Shown piece after piece: positions 1 to 9,177 of a stretch of 64,000 nt of DNA. Source of the stretch: Vicinamibacteria bacterium (lineage in GTDB: Bacteria; Acidobacteriota; Vicinamibacteria; Marinacidobacterales; Marinacidobacteraceae). The notes under the pieces were generated by a model, which did not search any database, was not told the origin of the DNA, and was given only the letters and a program-made list of their open reading frames with translations. Within the stretch, counting starts at the first letter, position 1. Each line of letters begins with the position of its first letter. The position numbers were made by a program, and so were the translations under genes. The stretch covers positions 598,675 through 662,674 of the forward strand of contig OZ219815.1 in the NCBI GenBank assembly GCA_964291235.2, in the 5' to 3' direction.

Positions 1-1
1 G

Positions 2-487
2 TTCCGAAACGGCGGCACGCAGGGGAACGACGCCCTCTTTGCCGGTTTCGAGAGTGCCGGGGACTTCGACGGGGTCATCGAAGTCAGCCGCGGGCTGGCG
101 CTCGGGGACTATGACGAGGACGGCGATCTCGACCTGCTGCTCGCGAACGCGGAAGGACCCGCCCGCCTCTATCGGAACGACTTCGAGCGGAGCGGATCGC
201 CGCTCCGCGTGACCACCCTCGACGCCGCGGGAAGGCCTGCGTTTCCGGCCGTGGTGACCGCGGTCTTGGCGGACGGCGCCCGCTCGGTACGCCGCGCCGA
301 CCCGGGCGGAAGCTATCTGGCGACCGGCGATCCGCGCGCGTTCTTTGCAGTCCCGCCGAACGGCGAGGTGACCGAATTTGAGGTGATCTGGCCGGATGGG
401 AATCGCGAAGCCTTTCCCGGAACCGGTAGCGCAACCGTCAGCCTGAGGCAGGGCGGCGGCGAGCCCCGCCAGGAAACTCGCCGGTAA
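2..487 (+). CDS. CRTAC1-family / FG-GAP repeat protein, C-terminal ASPIC-UnbV part (5' end outside window)
   Basis: The frame is open from the window edge to the stop at 485-487. The translation contains GDYDEDGDLDLLLANAEGPARLYRN (FG-GAP/VCBS-like), then DGARSVRRADPGGSYLATGDPRAFF...VIWPDGN (UnbV/ASPIC-type C-terminus). It is a paralog of 27690-29390. Confidence 0.75.
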   Translation, partial: FRNGGTQGNDALFAGFESAGDFDGVIEVSRGLALGDYDEDGDLDLLLANAEGPARLYRNDFERSGSPLRVTTLDAAGRPAFPAVVTAVLADGARSVRRADPGGSYLATGDPRAFFAVPPNGEVTEFEVIWPDGNREAFPGTGSATVSLRQGGGEPRQETRR

Positions 488-490
488 ACG

Positions 491-2050
491 ATGGCCCGAT
501 CCCGGCAACCTCGGAAAGGACGGCCGGAGAAGTCGCGACCCGGCCGACCAAGACCCGAGGCGGCTCGCAGCGGCACCCGCCGGACCGCCAGCCAGCCGAT
601 CGCGGCAAGCCCACCGAACGCGAAGAAGCCGCGTGCTCTCTGGCTCGGAGCCGGCGCGGTCGTCGTGGCCATCGTCCTCATGGTCGCCCTGCGCGCCGGC
701 CCCGACCTTCCCGACCCTCCGGAACCCGATCTGTCCGGGGCGGAGCCGGAAGTCGCCGAGGTGATTCGGCGCACCAGAGCGGCAGTGCTCGACGAATCCG
801 GTTCTCCCGACCGCTGGGCCACCCTGGGCGCCGCTTTCCTGGCCCACGAATTCCACCCCGAAGCTGCCGCCGCGTACGCCGCCGCCGGGACGCTGGCGCC
901 GGACGACTACCGCTTTCGTTACCTGCGGGCCAGGTCGCTCTGGCGGGCGGACCCCGAAGCGGCGGAAGCCGCGATCCTCGAAGCGGTCCGCCTGAATCCG
1001 GGCTACGCCCCCGCCTACCTACTGGCGGGACAGCTCGCCGAGGACCGCACCGATCCCGAAGCCGCCAAGGAGCACTATCGGGCGGCGCTCGACCGGCTCG
1101 GCGGAACCCGGTCGGCGCCGGCCAACACCGCGGCGGCGAGTTTCCGCCTGGGGCGGCTGCTCGCCGGCGACGGAAACCTCGACGAGGCCCTCCCCCTGCT
1201 CGAAGAGGCCGAGGCGCTCGCTCCGGAATCCGGGGCGGTGGCCGCCGCGCTGGCCCGGGTGTACCGGCGGACCGGCGACGGCGAGAGAGCGCGCGCCGCC
1301 GCGGAGCGCGCCCGCAGTCTTGATCACGACCTGCTGATCAGCGATCCGCTGATGGACGCCGTGAACAACGTGGCGGTCTCGGTCATCGGCAAGGAACGCC
1401 GCGCATTCGCCGCCGAGGGCGCGGGGCGTCCGGAAATCGCGGAACGCCTGCTGCGCGAAATGATCCGGTCGCGTCCGGAGGCCGCCGATCTCTTCTACAA
1501 CCTCGGCAACAACCTCTCGCGACAGGGGAGGAACGACGAAGCGCTCGTCGCCTGGAGCACCGCCCTGGAGAAAAACCCCGACCACGTGGCGGCGCTGATC
1601 AACTCGAGCATCGTCCTCGCACAGTCGGGCAGTCTCGCCGAAGCGGAACGGCGCTGCCGGAGGGCGCTGGAAGTCCAGCCGAACCATCCGGGCGCCCTCT
1701 CCAGCCTGGGCAGCATCGCGGCGCTGGGCGGCCGGAGAACCGAGGCGCTCAGCTGGTTCCGGCGGGCGCTCGAACAGGAACCCGAGCGGGCGGGGACCCA
1801 CGATTCGATCGCCCAGGTGCTGGCGGCGAGCCGCCAGTTCAACGAGGCCATCCGCCATTTCCGGATCGCGGTCGCCAAGGAGCCGTTCCGGGGGGACTTT
1901 CGGCTGGGACTCGCCGCCACCCTCGCCTCCACCGGCGATTTCGAGGGCGCCTGGGAGGTGGCCCACGACGCGCGCCGGCTCGGGGTCGAGCTTCCCCCGA
2001 ACTTCCTGGGAATGCTGCGCCAGGCGATGCCGGAACCCGCGTTCCGCTGA
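491..2050 (+). CDS. TPR-repeat protein with N-terminal membrane anchor
   Basis: The ATG lies 3 nt after the upstream stop. A basic N-terminus is followed by a hydrophobic helix (ALWLGAGAVVVAIVLMVAL). The rest is made of 34-residue TPR-like repeats, e.g. ADLFYNLGNNLSRQGRNDEALVAWSTALEKNPDH. Confidence 0.75.
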   Translation: MARSRQPRKGRPEKSRPGRPRPEAARSGTRRTASQPIAASPPNAKKPRALWLGAGAVVVAIVLMVALRAGPDLPDPPEPDLSGAEPEVAEVIRRTRAAVLDESGSPDRWATLGAAFLAHEFHPEAAAAYAAAGTLAPDDYRFRYLRARSLWRADPEAAEAAILEAVRLNPGYAPAYLLAGQLAEDRTDPEAAKEHYRAALDRLGGTRSAPANTAAASFRLGRLLAGDGNLDEALPLLEEAEALAPESGAVAAALARVYRRTGDGERARAAAERARSLDHDLLISDPLMDAVNNVAVSVIGKERRAFAAEGAGRPEIAERLLREMIRSRPEAADLFYNLGNNLSRQGRNDEALVAWSTALEKNPDHVAALINSSIVLAQSGSLAEAERRCRRALEVQPNHPGALSSLGSIAALGGRRTEALSWFRRALEQEPERAGTHDSIAQVLAASRQFNEAIRHFRIAVAKEPFRGDFRLGLAATLASTGDFEGAWEVAHDARRLGVELPPNFLGMLRQAMPEPAFR

Positions 2051-2290
2051 AGCGCGGGACTCCGGCAGGCGCCGGCCCACACCAGGGGGTTGGACATTCG
2101 GCGGCGTCCGGCCGTATCATCGCTCCACGATTTTGAATTCACCGCGCCGTTTCTGGATCAACACAGCCACCCGGAATTCCAACCTATTGAAAAACCTGAT
2201 AGATGCAGGACACCCGGCCAGAGTCTTCGGTGGCATGTCAGTTGCGAGTTGCGGTCATCAATCTTTGTCTTACCCGTTGAAGGAGGGACC

Positions 2291-5185
2291 ATGAGAAAGA
2301 TTCTTCTCGCTCTTCTGTTCGTGACGATTGCCGTCCCGGCACTCGCGCAGCAGCAGTACGGGCGCCTTGAAGGCGCGGCCCGTGACTCCCAGGGACTCTC
2401 TCTCCCCGGGGTGTCCGTCAACCTCTCCGGTGAGGCCATCATCGGAAGCCGGAACGCCACCACCGACGTGGACGGCTCCTACCGGTTCCAGGCGCTGCCT
2501 CCGGGCGACTACACCATCGTGTTCGAACTCAGCGGTTTCCAGACCGTCGTGTTCGAGGACATTCGGGTGGTGACCGGCGCGACCTTCTCGGTGAATGCCG
2601 ACATGCAGATCGCGACGGTGGCCGAGACGGTCACGGTGACCGGCGAGTCGCCGGTGGTGGACGTGAAGTCCACCGGCGTGGCGGCGACCTTCGACAAGAC
2701 GCAATTGGACGAGGTTCCCACCGCAACCGACATGTGGGCGGTGCTGCACCAGAGCCCGGGAGTCCGGGTCCAGGGTTACGACGTGGGCGGCTCGCACAAG
2801 AGCCAGCAGTCCATGTACGAGACCTTCGGCGTGCGGAGCCAGAACCGGGTCCTCTACGAGGGTGTGAACACCACGGAAGGCACCGGCTCGGCTGGCGGTT
2901 ACTACGACTACTACGCGATGGAGGAAATGCAGGTTTCGGCGCAGGGCGCGGACGTGGAGATGTCCACCCCGGGCGCGCAGATCCAGACGACCGTCAAGAG
3001 CGGCGGTAACGACTTCTCCGGCCTCCAGAGCGGGGCCTGGAATCCCCCGGATCTGATCGCCGACAACTTCACCTCCGAATTGGGCGCGCGGGACGGCTCC
3101 CCGTCACCGGTGCTCTCGTTCTACGAGTTCCACCTCGACCTCGGCGGCCCCATCGTCCGGGACAAGGCCTGGTTCTACGCGGCCTACAACAACTTCTACA
3201 TCGATACGGCGATCTCCGGCGTGGACCAGAACCTGGCCACGGACATCGGCGACTTCGACATCTTCACCGCGAAGGTGAACTACCAGATCACCGAGCGCGA
3301 CCAGTTCATCGGGTTCTCCACCTGGTCCTGGAAGCGGAAGCCCAACCGCGGCCTCTCCGCGACCCGTCCCGCCGAATCCATCCTCGCTCAGGACTACTGG
3401 ATCTGGCTGCACAAGGCCGAGTGGCAGCGCGTCTGGAGCGACCGCTTCTTCTCCAACATCATGATCGGCCACATGGGAACGACCTGGCCCATGGTCCCCA
3501 AGGGGGATCCGATCAACGGGAACGAGCCGCGCTTCAACCTCGCCAGCAGCCATGTGTCGGGCGCCGGGTGGCAACCGTTTACCAGGAACCGCTGGAAGCC
3601 GCAGAGCACGGCCCAGTTCAACTACTACGTCCCGATCGGCAACGGCAGCCACGACTTCAAGTTCGGCTGGGACTGGCAGATCGACAGCGAACTCCGCGGG
3701 TTCAACACGAACTCCGGCGCCTTCCGGTACCGCGACGATCCGGGCCAGGGCCGCCCGCACAACGTGCACCAGATCGACCTCGTGGGAGTTCCCAACCTGG
3801 TGGAAAACCCCAACATGCACGCGGACTTCTTCGTGCAGGACGTGTGGACCGTCAACGACCGCCTGACCCTGATGGCCGGCATCCGGGTAGGCAGCCAGAT
3901 CCTCACGTACCTCGAGGCGGACAACTCCCCTGGCAGCCCGTGTCAGGACGTCTTGCAGTGCCAGTTCGAACTCCCGGCCAATCAGAGCCAGATCCTCATG
4001 GACGTCTTTGGCACCGGCGGCATCACCCCGGGTGACGATGTGTTCAGCCACTGGAACATCGCTCCCCGCGTCGGGCTGACCTACGACCTGACTGGTGAGG
4101 GTTCCACGGTCTTCAAGACCTACTTCGGGCGCTACTTCTCGAACATCGGGACCGGCCTCTTGTCCGCGAACCCGGGTGGCCAGCCTTCCGCCCGCTACGA
4201 ATTCCTCGACCAGAACATGAACGGAATCCTCGACGATTCTTCGGAACTCGGACAGCAGCTCTCGTTCACCGCGGGCGCCGGGTCCGGCTCCACAACGCCG
4301 ATCGATCCGAACTGGACGCTCCCCTGGGCGGACGAGTTGAGCGCCTCGGTCGAGCACGAGCTCACCGCCGACCTCGGTGCGCGGGCGTCGTATGTGTACA
4401 AGCGGATGCGCAACACCTGGAGCAGCTACGACCAGGCCGACCTGGGCCGGAACACCCCGATCTCGATTCCGACCTGCGACGGGTGTCCCGCGGGTTACAA
4501 CCGGTCGTTCAACCTGCTCCTCTACCCCGAGGAACTGGTCGGCACGACGGACAACCTCACCACGAACCACCCGGCCGGCGAGAGCGACATGGACTTCCAC
4601 ACCGTTTCGCTCGGACTGAACAAGCGGTTCCGGAGCAATTTCTTCTACAACGTGTACTTCGACTACCAGTGGCGCTCCGAGCCGCGGAGCCCGGGCGGGT
4701 CGTCCAGCGGCTGGGCAACCAGCTCGCCGCTGTCTTCCGACCCCACGTCGCAAGGCTGGTTCTTCAACTACGATCAGGACATTCCGACCGTTCAGGATAC
4801 GACCACGTATCAGTTGAAGACTTCGGCGCGGTATGTCTTGCCGTTCGAGATCGGTTTGGCGGGAACGTATCGGTTCGTGAGTGGGTTCAACTTCGCGCCG
4901 ACCCACCGCAACCTGGTGTATGACGGACGGGTGACGGTCACCTCTTGGCTCGCCCCCATGAATGAGGACCGCTCCCCGAATGTGACGATCGTGGACTTCC
5001 GCCTCGACAAGGGCTTCGCCTTGAGCGATCGCATGAACGTGCAGGTCATTCTCGATGTCTTCAACGCGATGAATGCCAACACGGTCACGAACTTCCAGTT
5101 GCTCGATTCGGTGGTGCCCTATCAACGAATCGTCGAGTACCTGAAAGGACGAACGATCGGCCTATCGGCGCGACTTACCTTCTGA
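2291..5185 (+). CDS. TonB-dependent-receptor-like outer membrane protein with N-terminal carboxypeptidase-regulatory-like domain (paralog 1)
   Basis: The track ORF is 2090-5185. I prefer ATG 2291, which is preceded by GAAGGAGGG and gives the signal peptide MRKILLALLFVTIAVPALAQQ. It has a CarboxypepD_reg-like segment (TDVDGSYRFQALPPGDYTIVFELSGFQT), a plug-like segment, and the C-terminal barrel ending GLSARLTF. Confidence 0.85.
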   Translation: MRKILLALLFVTIAVPALAQQQYGRLEGAARDSQGLSLPGVSVNLSGEAIIGSRNATTDVDGSYRFQALPPGDYTIVFELSGFQTVVFEDIRVVTGATFSVNADMQIATVAETVTVTGESPVVDVKSTGVAATFDKTQLDEVPTATDMWAVLHQSPGVRVQGYDVGGSHKSQQSMYETFGVRSQNRVLYEGVNTTEGTGSAGGYYDYYAMEEMQVSAQGADVEMSTPGAQIQTTVKSGGNDFSGLQSGAWNPPDLIADNFTSELGARDGSPSPVLSFYEFHLDLGGPIVRDKAWFYAAYNNFYIDTAISGVDQNLATDIGDFDIFTAKVNYQITERDQFIGFSTWSWKRKPNRGLSATRPAESILAQDYWIWLHKAEWQRVWSDRFFSNIMIGHMGTTWPMVPKGDPINGNEPRFNLASSHVSGAGWQPFTRNRWKPQSTAQFNYYVPIGNGSHDFKFGWDWQIDSELRGFNTNSGAFRYRDDPGQGRPHNVHQIDLVGVPNLVENPNMHADFFVQDVWTVNDRLTLMAGIRVGSQILTYLEADNSPGSPCQDVLQCQFELPANQSQILMDVFGTGGITPGDDVFSHWNIAPRVGLTYDLTGEGSTVFKTYFGRYFSNIGTGLLSANPGGQPSARYEFLDQNMNGILDDSSELGQQLSFTAGAGSGSTTPIDPNWTLPWADELSASVEHELTADLGARASYVYKRMRNTWSSYDQADLGRNTPISIPTCDGCPAGYNRSFNLLLYPEELVGTTDNLTTNHPAGESDMDFHTVSLGLNKRFRSNFFYNVYFDYQWRSEPRSPGGSSSGWATSSPLSSDPTSQGWFFNYDQDIPTVQDTTTYQLKTSARYVLPFEIGLAGTYRFVSGFNFAPTHRNLVYDGRVTVTSWLAPMNEDRSPNVTIVDFRLDKGFALSDRMNVQVILDVFNAMNANTVTNFQLLDSVVPYQRIVEYLKGRTIGLSARLTF

Positions 5186-5211
5186 CCCTTCCGGGTCAAC
5201 CCAAAACAAGG

Positions 5212-5250
5212 CCCGTCGGTCCCGCAAGGGGCCGGCGGGTCTTTCCTTTT
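5212..5250 (+). terminator. Intrinsic terminator after TonB-like receptor 1
   Basis: A 12-bp stem, CCCGTCGGTCCC (5212-5223) with GGGGCCGGCGGG (5228-5239), includes two G-U pairs. The loop is the GNRA tetraloop GCAA. A T-rich run TCTTTCCTTTT (5240-5250) follows. The stem starts 27 nt after the stop. Confidence 0.6.
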
Positions 5251-5277
5251 GGGCGCGACTTCGGCCAAGATCGCCTC

Positions 5278-7221
5278 GTGCCTTCGTCCCGATTCGCCGT
5301 GGTCGCGTTCCTGCTGGCGACGACTTGGGCCTGCGGCGCTGGCGGTGATCGCCAGGACGCGCAACGGGACACCGAACCCGTCGAGGCCCCCCGAAACCCG
5401 CTTCGAGATCCGGGGGAGGGGACAGGCGCGGAGGTCTGCGGAGCGTGCCACGCGGAGATCGCCGCCGTACAGGCGGACCACCCGATGGCCCAAACCGCCG
5501 GTGCGGTGACCGAAGACACGCGCGACCGCTGGTTTTCGGACGAGATGCTCGCGCGAGCTGTCTCCTGGCAAGCGGGAATCGGTCCGCAACCAGCCTACGA
5601 ACCGCTGACCGAAGGCACGGTCCGGTTGGCCGTTCCCGGTGCGGATTCGTCCGCGGTTCCCGTGGACGCGGTCTTCGGGTCCGGCCTCCGGGGGCTGACT
5701 CCCGTTTCCTTTGCACCCGGCGCCCGGCTTCGTGAGTTGCGACTCTCGTTCTCTCACGCTCGGAATGGGTGGATCCCGACTCCGGGCGGCGAGGACGACG
5801 AGGACCCGCTCGGCGACCTCGACACCGTAGAGGAGAGCGCGAGCTGCATCGGCTGCCACGCCACCGCGCTCGCCTGGGACGAAGAAGGTCGCTTCGATCC
5901 GCACCGGGCGGTGCTCGGTGTCTCCTGCGAGCGTTGCCACGGCTCGGGGATCACCCACGTGGAAGCCCAGTCCGCGGGAGGCGAACCCGGGCCCATCTTC
6001 CACCCGGGACGGCTGTCTCCGGCTGACCAGGTCGCCTTCTGCGGGCAGTGCCACCGCCAGCCGACCGACTTCGAGCCGCGGGAGATCCTGGCCCGCGACC
6101 CGCTGCTCGCGCGCCACGCCGGAGCGAGCCTGATGATGAGCGCGTGTTTCCGGGAATCGCCCCCGGAGCAGACCATCACCTGCACCGAGTGTCACGACCC
6201 TCATCGCGCCGAGCCCGCCGGGCCGGATCGAACCCGCGCCGTCTGCTCGCGTTGCCACGCGGACGCCGCCGCGTTGCACCTCCAGACTCCCGTGACGAGC
6301 GAGTCGGACTGCGCCGGGTGCCACCTGCCGTCCCAGAGCGAGGCGTTTGACGGCACCCCGTTCACCGACCACTGGATCCGGCGTCCCGGAGGGCCGCCGA
6401 CCCGGGGCTCCGCCGCCGGCCGCCGCGAACTCACCTGGCTGGAAGAGCTCTATCAGCGGCGGATGCCCGAGGAGAACCCTCCCGCCAAGGCCGCCCGCCT
6501 GCGGGCGGGCCTCGCGGAGCTATTGCATGTCCGCGGCGCCCGGAGCGAGGCGCAGATGCTGCTCCGGGAGGCGCTGGACCTCGGCCCGGACTATGAAACC
6601 CGGTTGAAGGCCGGCGCTTTGTTCCGGGACGGCGGGCAGACCCGAGAGGCGCTGGCCGTCTTTCGGGAAGCGGCGGCCGAGCGGCCCGGAAGGCCGCACG
6701 CGCACTACGAACTTGGCGACACACTGCTGCAATCCGGCGCCTACGCGAATGCAGTGGCGCCGCTCACCACCGCTGCCGAACTCAGCAGGGATTCCGCGGG
6801 GGTGTATGCCGCGCTCGGCGCGGCGCTCCTGGGGGCCGACCGTCCCGCAGACGCGGTCGCGGCGTTTCGGGAGGCGCTGGAGCAGGAACCCGGCCTGCCG
6901 GCGGCGCTCGGGCCCCTGGCCGGAATCCTCGCCACGCATCCCCGGCGCGATCTCAGGAATCCAGCGGAAGCGCTTCGTCTGGCCGAGCGCCTCGCCGGGC
7001 AGTTCTCCTTCCAGGAACCTCGATCCCTGGATCTCTTCGGTGCCGCCTACGCGGCCACTGGTGACTTCCCGAATGCGATGCAGGCGGCGGAACGCGCCGC
7101 CACCCTGGCCGATCGATCTGGATCGGCCGACCTGGCAACAGCGATCCGCCAGCGACTCACCCTCTACCGCGCCGGTCGTTCCTACGTGGGCCCGCTGCCC
7201 ACCGCTGCTATCAGGCCCTGA
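5278..7221 (+). CDS. Multiheme c-type cytochrome (7 CxxCH) fused to C-terminal TPR domain, lipoprotein
   Basis: The GTG start gives MPSSRFAVVAFLLATTWACGAGG, which contains a lipobox. The heme motifs are CGACH, CIGCH, CERCH, CGQCH, CTECH, CSRCH and CAGCH. The C-terminal roughly 250 aa are TPR-like (e.g. HAHYELGDTLLQSGAYANAVAPLTTAAELSRD). Confidence 0.8.
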   Translation: MPSSRFAVVAFLLATTWACGAGGDRQDAQRDTEPVEAPRNPLRDPGEGTGAEVCGACHAEIAAVQADHPMAQTAGAVTEDTRDRWFSDEMLARAVSWQAGIGPQPAYEPLTEGTVRLAVPGADSSAVPVDAVFGSGLRGLTPVSFAPGARLRELRLSFSHARNGWIPTPGGEDDEDPLGDLDTVEESASCIGCHATALAWDEEGRFDPHRAVLGVSCERCHGSGITHVEAQSAGGEPGPIFHPGRLSPADQVAFCGQCHRQPTDFEPREILARDPLLARHAGASLMMSACFRESPPEQTITCTECHDPHRAEPAGPDRTRAVCSRCHADAAALHLQTPVTSESDCAGCHLPSQSEAFDGTPFTDHWIRRPGGPPTRGSAAGRRELTWLEELYQRRMPEENPPAKAARLRAGLAELLHVRGARSEAQMLLREALDLGPDYETRLKAGALFRDGGQTREALAVFREAAAERPGRPHAHYELGDTLLQSGAYANAVAPLTTAAELSRDSAGVYAALGAALLGADRPADAVAAFREALEQEPGLPAALGPLAGILATHPRRDLRNPAEALRLAERLAGQFSFQEPRSLDLFGAAYAATGDFPNAMQAAERAATLADRSGSADLATAIRQRLTLYRAGRSYVGPLPTAAIRP

Positions 7222-7330
7222 CATCCGCTTCCGCGGATCATCGAACGAGCCGGAGCCGCAACGCGCGGGTACACTGCGTGGCCCGGCCATGTCCGAAACG
7301 GTTGGCCTCAATTTCCCAAGGAGCGGCACC

Positions 7331-8449
7331 ATGCGCGACGTGAAGATCCTCTTGCTGGCGGGTGGCCTGGCGTTCGCCGTCTCTGGCTGTGGCGGCGACA
7401 TGCCCTCCGAAATGGAGGAGCCGGCGGGGAACGCCGACCTCATCCAGCGGAACCTGCCAAACCCGAATCCGGTGGTGATCACCCAGTGGGCGGATCTCCC
7501 GGACGGACGGACGTGGGGCTCCACGGCGGGCGTGGACATCGACCCGGATGGCCATGTGTGGGTCTATGACCGCTGCGGCGCAAACGCGCTGGCCGGAGGC
7601 TGCGAGGAGAACCCCGACGTGAATCCGGTCCTGAAGTACGACCGCCACACCGGCGAGTTGCTCGCGGAGTTCGGCGCCGGACTCTTTGTCCTGCCCCATG
7701 GTCTCCATGTGGATAGCGACGGCAACGTCTGGGTCACCGATTCGCAGGGCAACGAGGCGGGCACCAAGGGACACCAGGTCATCAAGTTCAGTCCCGAGGG
7801 CGAAGTGCTCCTGCGCCTCGGGGTCGCCGGGCAGCCGGGCACCGGCCCCGGCCAGCTCTACGAGCCCTGCGACGTCATCACCGCGCCGAATGGCGACATC
7901 TTCGTCTCGGACGGCCACAGTGGGCAGAATCCGGATCCCCCGGAAGGGCGCACCGGACGCATCCTCAAGTACGACTCCGAAGGCAACTTCATCAAGGAGT
8001 GGGGCATCATCGGCTTCCGGCCGGGGCAGCTCCGCACGCCGCACGCCCTCGAGTTCGACTCCCAGGGTCGGCTGTTCGTGGCCGACCGGGGCAACCACCG
8101 AATCCAGATCTTCGACCAGGACGGGAACCTGCTGGACACCTACTACCAGTTCAGCCGGATCAGCGGGCTGTTCATCACCGATGACGACATGCTCTACGCG
8201 ATCGACTCCGAGTCCACCGAGACGAACCACTACGGGTGGCTGAACGGAGTCCGGATCGGCCACGCCAGCGAGGACAAGGTGACGGCGTTCATTCCGCCGC
8301 ATTACCCAACCGAGGGCCGGGTGCTTCAGGGCGTCGCGGGCGAGGGCGTCGCGGTGGACGAGGACGGCAACGTATTCGTGGCCGAAGGGCCGGCCTCGCG
8401 TCCAACGGCCGGCGGCGGCCTTACCAAGTACGAACGCGCCCAGGAGTGA
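7331..8449 (+). CDS. NHL-repeat beta-propeller lipoprotein (peptidyl-alpha-hydroxyglycine lyase-like fold)
   Basis: The track ORF is 6713-8449. I prefer ATG 7331, which gives MRDVKILLLAGGLAFAVSGCGG (lipobox). NHL-type repeats are present: PHGLHVDSDGNVWVTD, PCDVITAPNGDIFVSDG, PHALEFDSQGRLFVADRGNHRIQIFD. Confidence 0.8.
   Translation: MRDVKILLLAGGLAFAVSGCGGDMPSEMEEPAGNADLIQRNLPNPNPVVITQWADLPDGRTWGSTAGVDIDPDGHVWVYDRCGANALAGGCEENPDVNPVLKYDRHTGELLAEFGAGLFVLPHGLHVDSDGNVWVTDSQGNEAGTKGHQVIKFSPEGEVLLRLGVAGQPGTGPGQLYEPCDVITAPNGDIFVSDGHSGQNPDPPEGRTGRILKYDSEGNFIKEWGIIGFRPGQLRTPHALEFDSQGRLFVADRGNHRIQIFDQDGNLLDTYYQFSRISGLFITDDDMLYAIDSESTETNHYGWLNGVRIGHASEDKVTAFIPPHYPTEGRVLQGVAGEGVAVDEDGNVFVAEGPASRPTAGGGLTKYERAQE
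8407..8449 (+). repeat. Direct repeat copy 1 (last ~13 codons plus stop of the NHL gene)
   Basis: The sequence is GGCCGGCGGCGGCCTTACCAAGTACGAACGCGCCCAGGAGTGA. It matches 9178-9217 apart from a 3-nt indel and about 4 substitutions. Confidence 0.7.
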
Positions 8450-8474
8450 TTCCCGAGAATCATCCCGGCCAGCG

Positions 8475-8720
8475 ATGCGCACCGTTACCGAACGGCAGCT
8501 TCGCAACGATGTCACGGCCATCTTGCATCGAGTAGAGGCAGGTGAGCATCGGACCGTTCCCTGCAACGGGAAGCCGGTGGCGGAACTGAGGCCGGTGGCG
8601 GTTCGCCGGTTTGTACCCAGGGCGGTAGTCAAGGCAGCGGCCGCGACGGGACCGCGCATCGATGCCGAGCGGTTTCACACTGACCTCGATGCGCTCGTAA
8701 TTCAGGATATCGACGTCTGA
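8475..8720 (+). CDS. vapB: Type II antitoxin, Phd/YefM-like (VapB partner of the downstream PIN toxin)
   Basis: This 81-aa ORF begins MRTVTERQLRNDVTAILHRVEAGEHRTV..NGKPVAELRPV, the typical Phd/YefM N-terminal fold signature. It ends 13 nt before the PIN-domain ORF. Confidence 0.65.
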   Translation: MRTVTERQLRNDVTAILHRVEAGEHRTVPCNGKPVAELRPVAVRRFVPRAVVKAAAATGPRIDAERFHTDLDALVIQDIDV

Positions 8721-8733
8721 AGAAAACCCTTCA

Positions 8734-9146
8734 TTGCCTTCCCGAGCGTTGGACAGTGTTCGCGGTCTCTTTGACAATTCCGTCGTCATTGACCTGGACT
8801 TGATCAACAGCGACGACCTTCCGGACGACACCGCAATCTCCGCCGTCACGCTCGCCGAACTCGCCGCGGGTCCGCACGCCGCGTTGGACGAGCCGGAGCG
8901 CGGCCGCCGGCAAGACCGGTTGCAGTGGGCAGCCTCGAACTGGGGTCCGCTCCCACTCGATGCAGAGGTCGCCCGCGCCTACGGCCGTGTTTGCGCAACG
9001 ATGCGCGGCAGCAGTCGTGCAAGCCGCCGCCGGCTGGCTGACCTGCTCATCGCGGCGACCGCTCTGGCTCACGGACTGCCGCTGCTTACGCGAAATCCGC
9101 CGATGTCTCCGGTCTGGAGGATCTCGTCCAGATCAAGGCCGTGTGA
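8734..9146 (+). pseudogene. vapC: PIN-domain toxin VapC with an apparent 1-nt deletion near 9097-9099
   Basis: The translation reads ..LFDNSVVIDL..TLAELAAGP..RRRLADLLIAATALAHGLPLLTRNP and then leaves the family pattern. The adjacent frame continues ADVSGLEDLVQIKAV and stops at 9144-9146, giving a normal PIN length of about 137 aa. The uncorrected ORF runs to 9240. The start could be TTG 8734 or TTG 8749. Confidence 0.6.
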
Positions 9147-9177
9147 ATCGCGGGTCGGAGTTCTTGCGCCTGGTCGC

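Noticed and set aside
491-2050. Both TPR proteins (491-2050 and 26134-27693) are exactly 519 aa, which hints at a duplication.
   Set aside because: By eye the sequences share only generic TPR character. The equal length appears coincidental.
2100-2290. Specific promoter or operator calls in the AT-rich regions upstream of the two paralogous TonB-like genes.
   Set aside because: Only weak shared words (TGAATT, GAATTC, CACCGCG) were found, and no convincing -35/-10 pair. The point is noted under the paralog finding but not annotated as a feature.
3104-5125. A 673-aa minus-strand ORF, with several shorter ones, lies antisense to the first TonB-like receptor. Similar long antisense ORFs occur at 9576-10784 and 10968-12563 (opposite receptor 2), 38487-39761 (opposite polA), 44192-46177 (opposite the GH20-like gene), 61571-63373 (opposite purL) and 19447-20697 / 50525-51394 (opposite the M20-like genes).
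   Set aside because: Their translations are Arg/Gly/Pro/Val-rich with no domain-like motifs. They mirror well-supported genes on the other strand. Stop-poor antisense frames are expected at about 70% GC.
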